Below, piece by piece: positions 62,528 through 64,000 of a stretch of 64,000 bases of DNA. The position numbers and the translations under genes were made by a program. The stretch covers positions 248,001-312,000 of the forward strand of contig JAHLTZ010000009.1 of assembly GCA_025786725.1 (NCBI GenBank), written 5' to 3'. Positions within the stretch are counted from its first letter, which is position 1, and the number at the start of each line of letters is the position of its first letter. A model generated the notes under the pieces. The model searched no databases and was not told the DNA's origin. It saw only the letters and a list, made by a program, of their open reading frames with translations. The DNA is from Syncephalis fuscata S228. Lineage: Eukaryota; Fungi; Zoopagomycota.

Positions 62528-63816
62528 TCAACAGTTTGCAATCATCTTTTCAAGCTGTTCCTTAAAAGCGGTGGCAATATTGGCATCTTTTACACGTAGT
62601 AATATTCGCGTCATTTTACCGTCAATAGAGACAAGTGTTTGAATATCTTTCTTTGATTTACCAATAATATCAAGTGGCATACCTTTATAGATACGCACAT
62701 TAAGTAAAAGACCGCCTGTTCCTTCAATACGACATATAATTCTAGATCTGGCCGTGTCTTCTTTCTCTTGATTTAAACGTAGTTCTCCCAAACCTTTTTC
62801 TACAAAACTCTTATCAATAAAATGATATATCTTTGCTCGTGTACTATAGACGGTATCTTCATTCTCCTCGCCTACTCTTGCTGATGCTGAGGCAGGCTCG
62901 TACTTGCTGTATCATCGTCAGCATCATTGTCTTCGCCACCGCCATTAGCATTAGTGCCATTCTCGTCTTCATTCTTTGTTGTACTATCACTACTCTTTTG
63001 CTCAATGGCTGGCTTACTATTAAACGATAATAAACTACCTCCTGATGTATTTGGAGAGGTCGATGTAGATCCAAACGAAAATGGACTTTTAGCAATAGTG
63101 TTTGATGTGGTCTCACCAAATGAAAAGACTGGTTTTACCGTAGTATCTGCGTCTTTTGGCGAACCTTTGGTTACTGATGTGTCGCTACTGGTAGATTTAG
63201 TCGCTCCAAACATGCTAGGTGGATTAAATGACGGCACTTTAATCGTACTAAATAATTGGCTCGATGTCGTGTCATCATTAGTGGATTTTGTTGATTCAAG
63301 TACAGCGGGTGGATTGAAGGGTGCTACTTTAAATGTGCTGAACGATTCATTTGAAGATGCTGATACTGATGTTGAAGAGCCAAAGGTAGTTGCTGTTGCT
63401 ATTGTAGATTCAGATAATGGTTTTATACTTTTCTCAAATGATTTTTTACCCTCTGTACTATCTTTCTTATCAATAAATGATGTCAATGAAGTTGTGGTGG
63501 CTAGTTTGGGCGATATTGTCGCGCTTTCGTTTTCCATGGATTCTTTCTCGTGTTGAGTAACGTCACGATACTTTGTTTGGATCTCTTGCAAATGATTATT
63601 GTATTCATTTTGGAATATTGACAGATCAGCAAATGGATTGTGCTCAATAGTCTGAGCAATGTGTTCGTGAATACTAATGTTTAGTCCACGCAGACTGCAG
63701 TAATAAGCTTCTTGACGGGATTGACTAATATCGCTTGAAGTTGTTGGTGTTGATTGTGTAAGTGGGGAGGAACGGGTAGGTTGGAATATATTAGAACGTG
63801 CGCGTTTCGCGTCCAT
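62528..63816 (-). CDS. Nup2/Nup50-like nucleoporin with a C-terminal Ran-binding domain (frameshift near 62875)
   Basis: MDAKRAR start, LRGLN...NPFADLS...EY helical motif, FSFG repeats, and RanBD GLGELRLN...SRIICRIEGTGGLLLNVRI. Confidence 0.8.
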
Positions 63817-63919
63817 TGCTGCTGTGGTAGTAAATGAGTGAGTGATTGCATACGTGAAAAGAAACAACACGCTAGTAACGATTAACTACGGAAAAATACT
63901 GAATGTTATGTTGTGTTAT

Positions 63920-64000
63920 GATTATTGTCAAAGATTTGATTCAATATAGATTGAGTACTCGACTCGATACTATTTTGTTTTTAGTAATATCAGTAAGAAA
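63920..64000 (-). repeat. Inverted repeat arm running off the window edge
   Basis: Reverse complement of 59978-60056. Confidence 0.9.

Noticed and set aside
62927-63556. 209-aa + strand ORF
   Set aside because: It is the antisense shadow of the Ser/Thr-rich Nup2-like gene.
1-64000. CRISPR arrays, tRNA or rRNA genes, transposase or reverse transcriptase ORFs, programmed frameshifting
   Set aside because: None recognised by eye. The frameshift sites share no slippery motif and fit assembly errors better. tRNAscan-SE and Infernal were not run.

Overview
AT-rich eukaryotic DNA with dense genes and short (~50-70 nt) introns. It is most consistent with an early-diverging fungus, and a Syncephalis-like zoopagomycete is my inference. 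Conserved genes: a SAM-dependent methyltransferase, TTC1, a GPATCH8-like protein, LSM1, SPO11, CSA/ERCC8, NOC2, SOF1/DCAF13, PEX14, NELF-C/D (TH1), an Sso-type syntaxin, SAM synthetase, a MYND-finger protein, NADP-isocitrate dehydrogenase and a Nup2/Nup50-like protein. Accessory genes: four paralogs of an orphan 7TM-like family (W-[KR]-x-L-A-[RK]-D-G motif), one unrelated 7TM protein, a secreted Q/N-rich preproprotein, a Ser/Thr-rich membrane sensor and an F-box protein. Not in the ORF track: a snR70/SNORD43-type C/D snoRNA inside a GC-AG intron of an apparently non-coding host, a ~1.7 kb near-identical tract shared by two 7TM paralogs that keep different N-termini, a TA-flanked TIR/MITE family, two long-range inverted repeat pairs, a 30-bp hairpin, and a CYS-3-type palindrome upstream of SAM synthetase. 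Many genes carry single-base frameshifts, including essential ones, which points to assembly indel errors, so pseudogene calls are unreliable. Exon boundaries were read by eye and may be off by a few bases.
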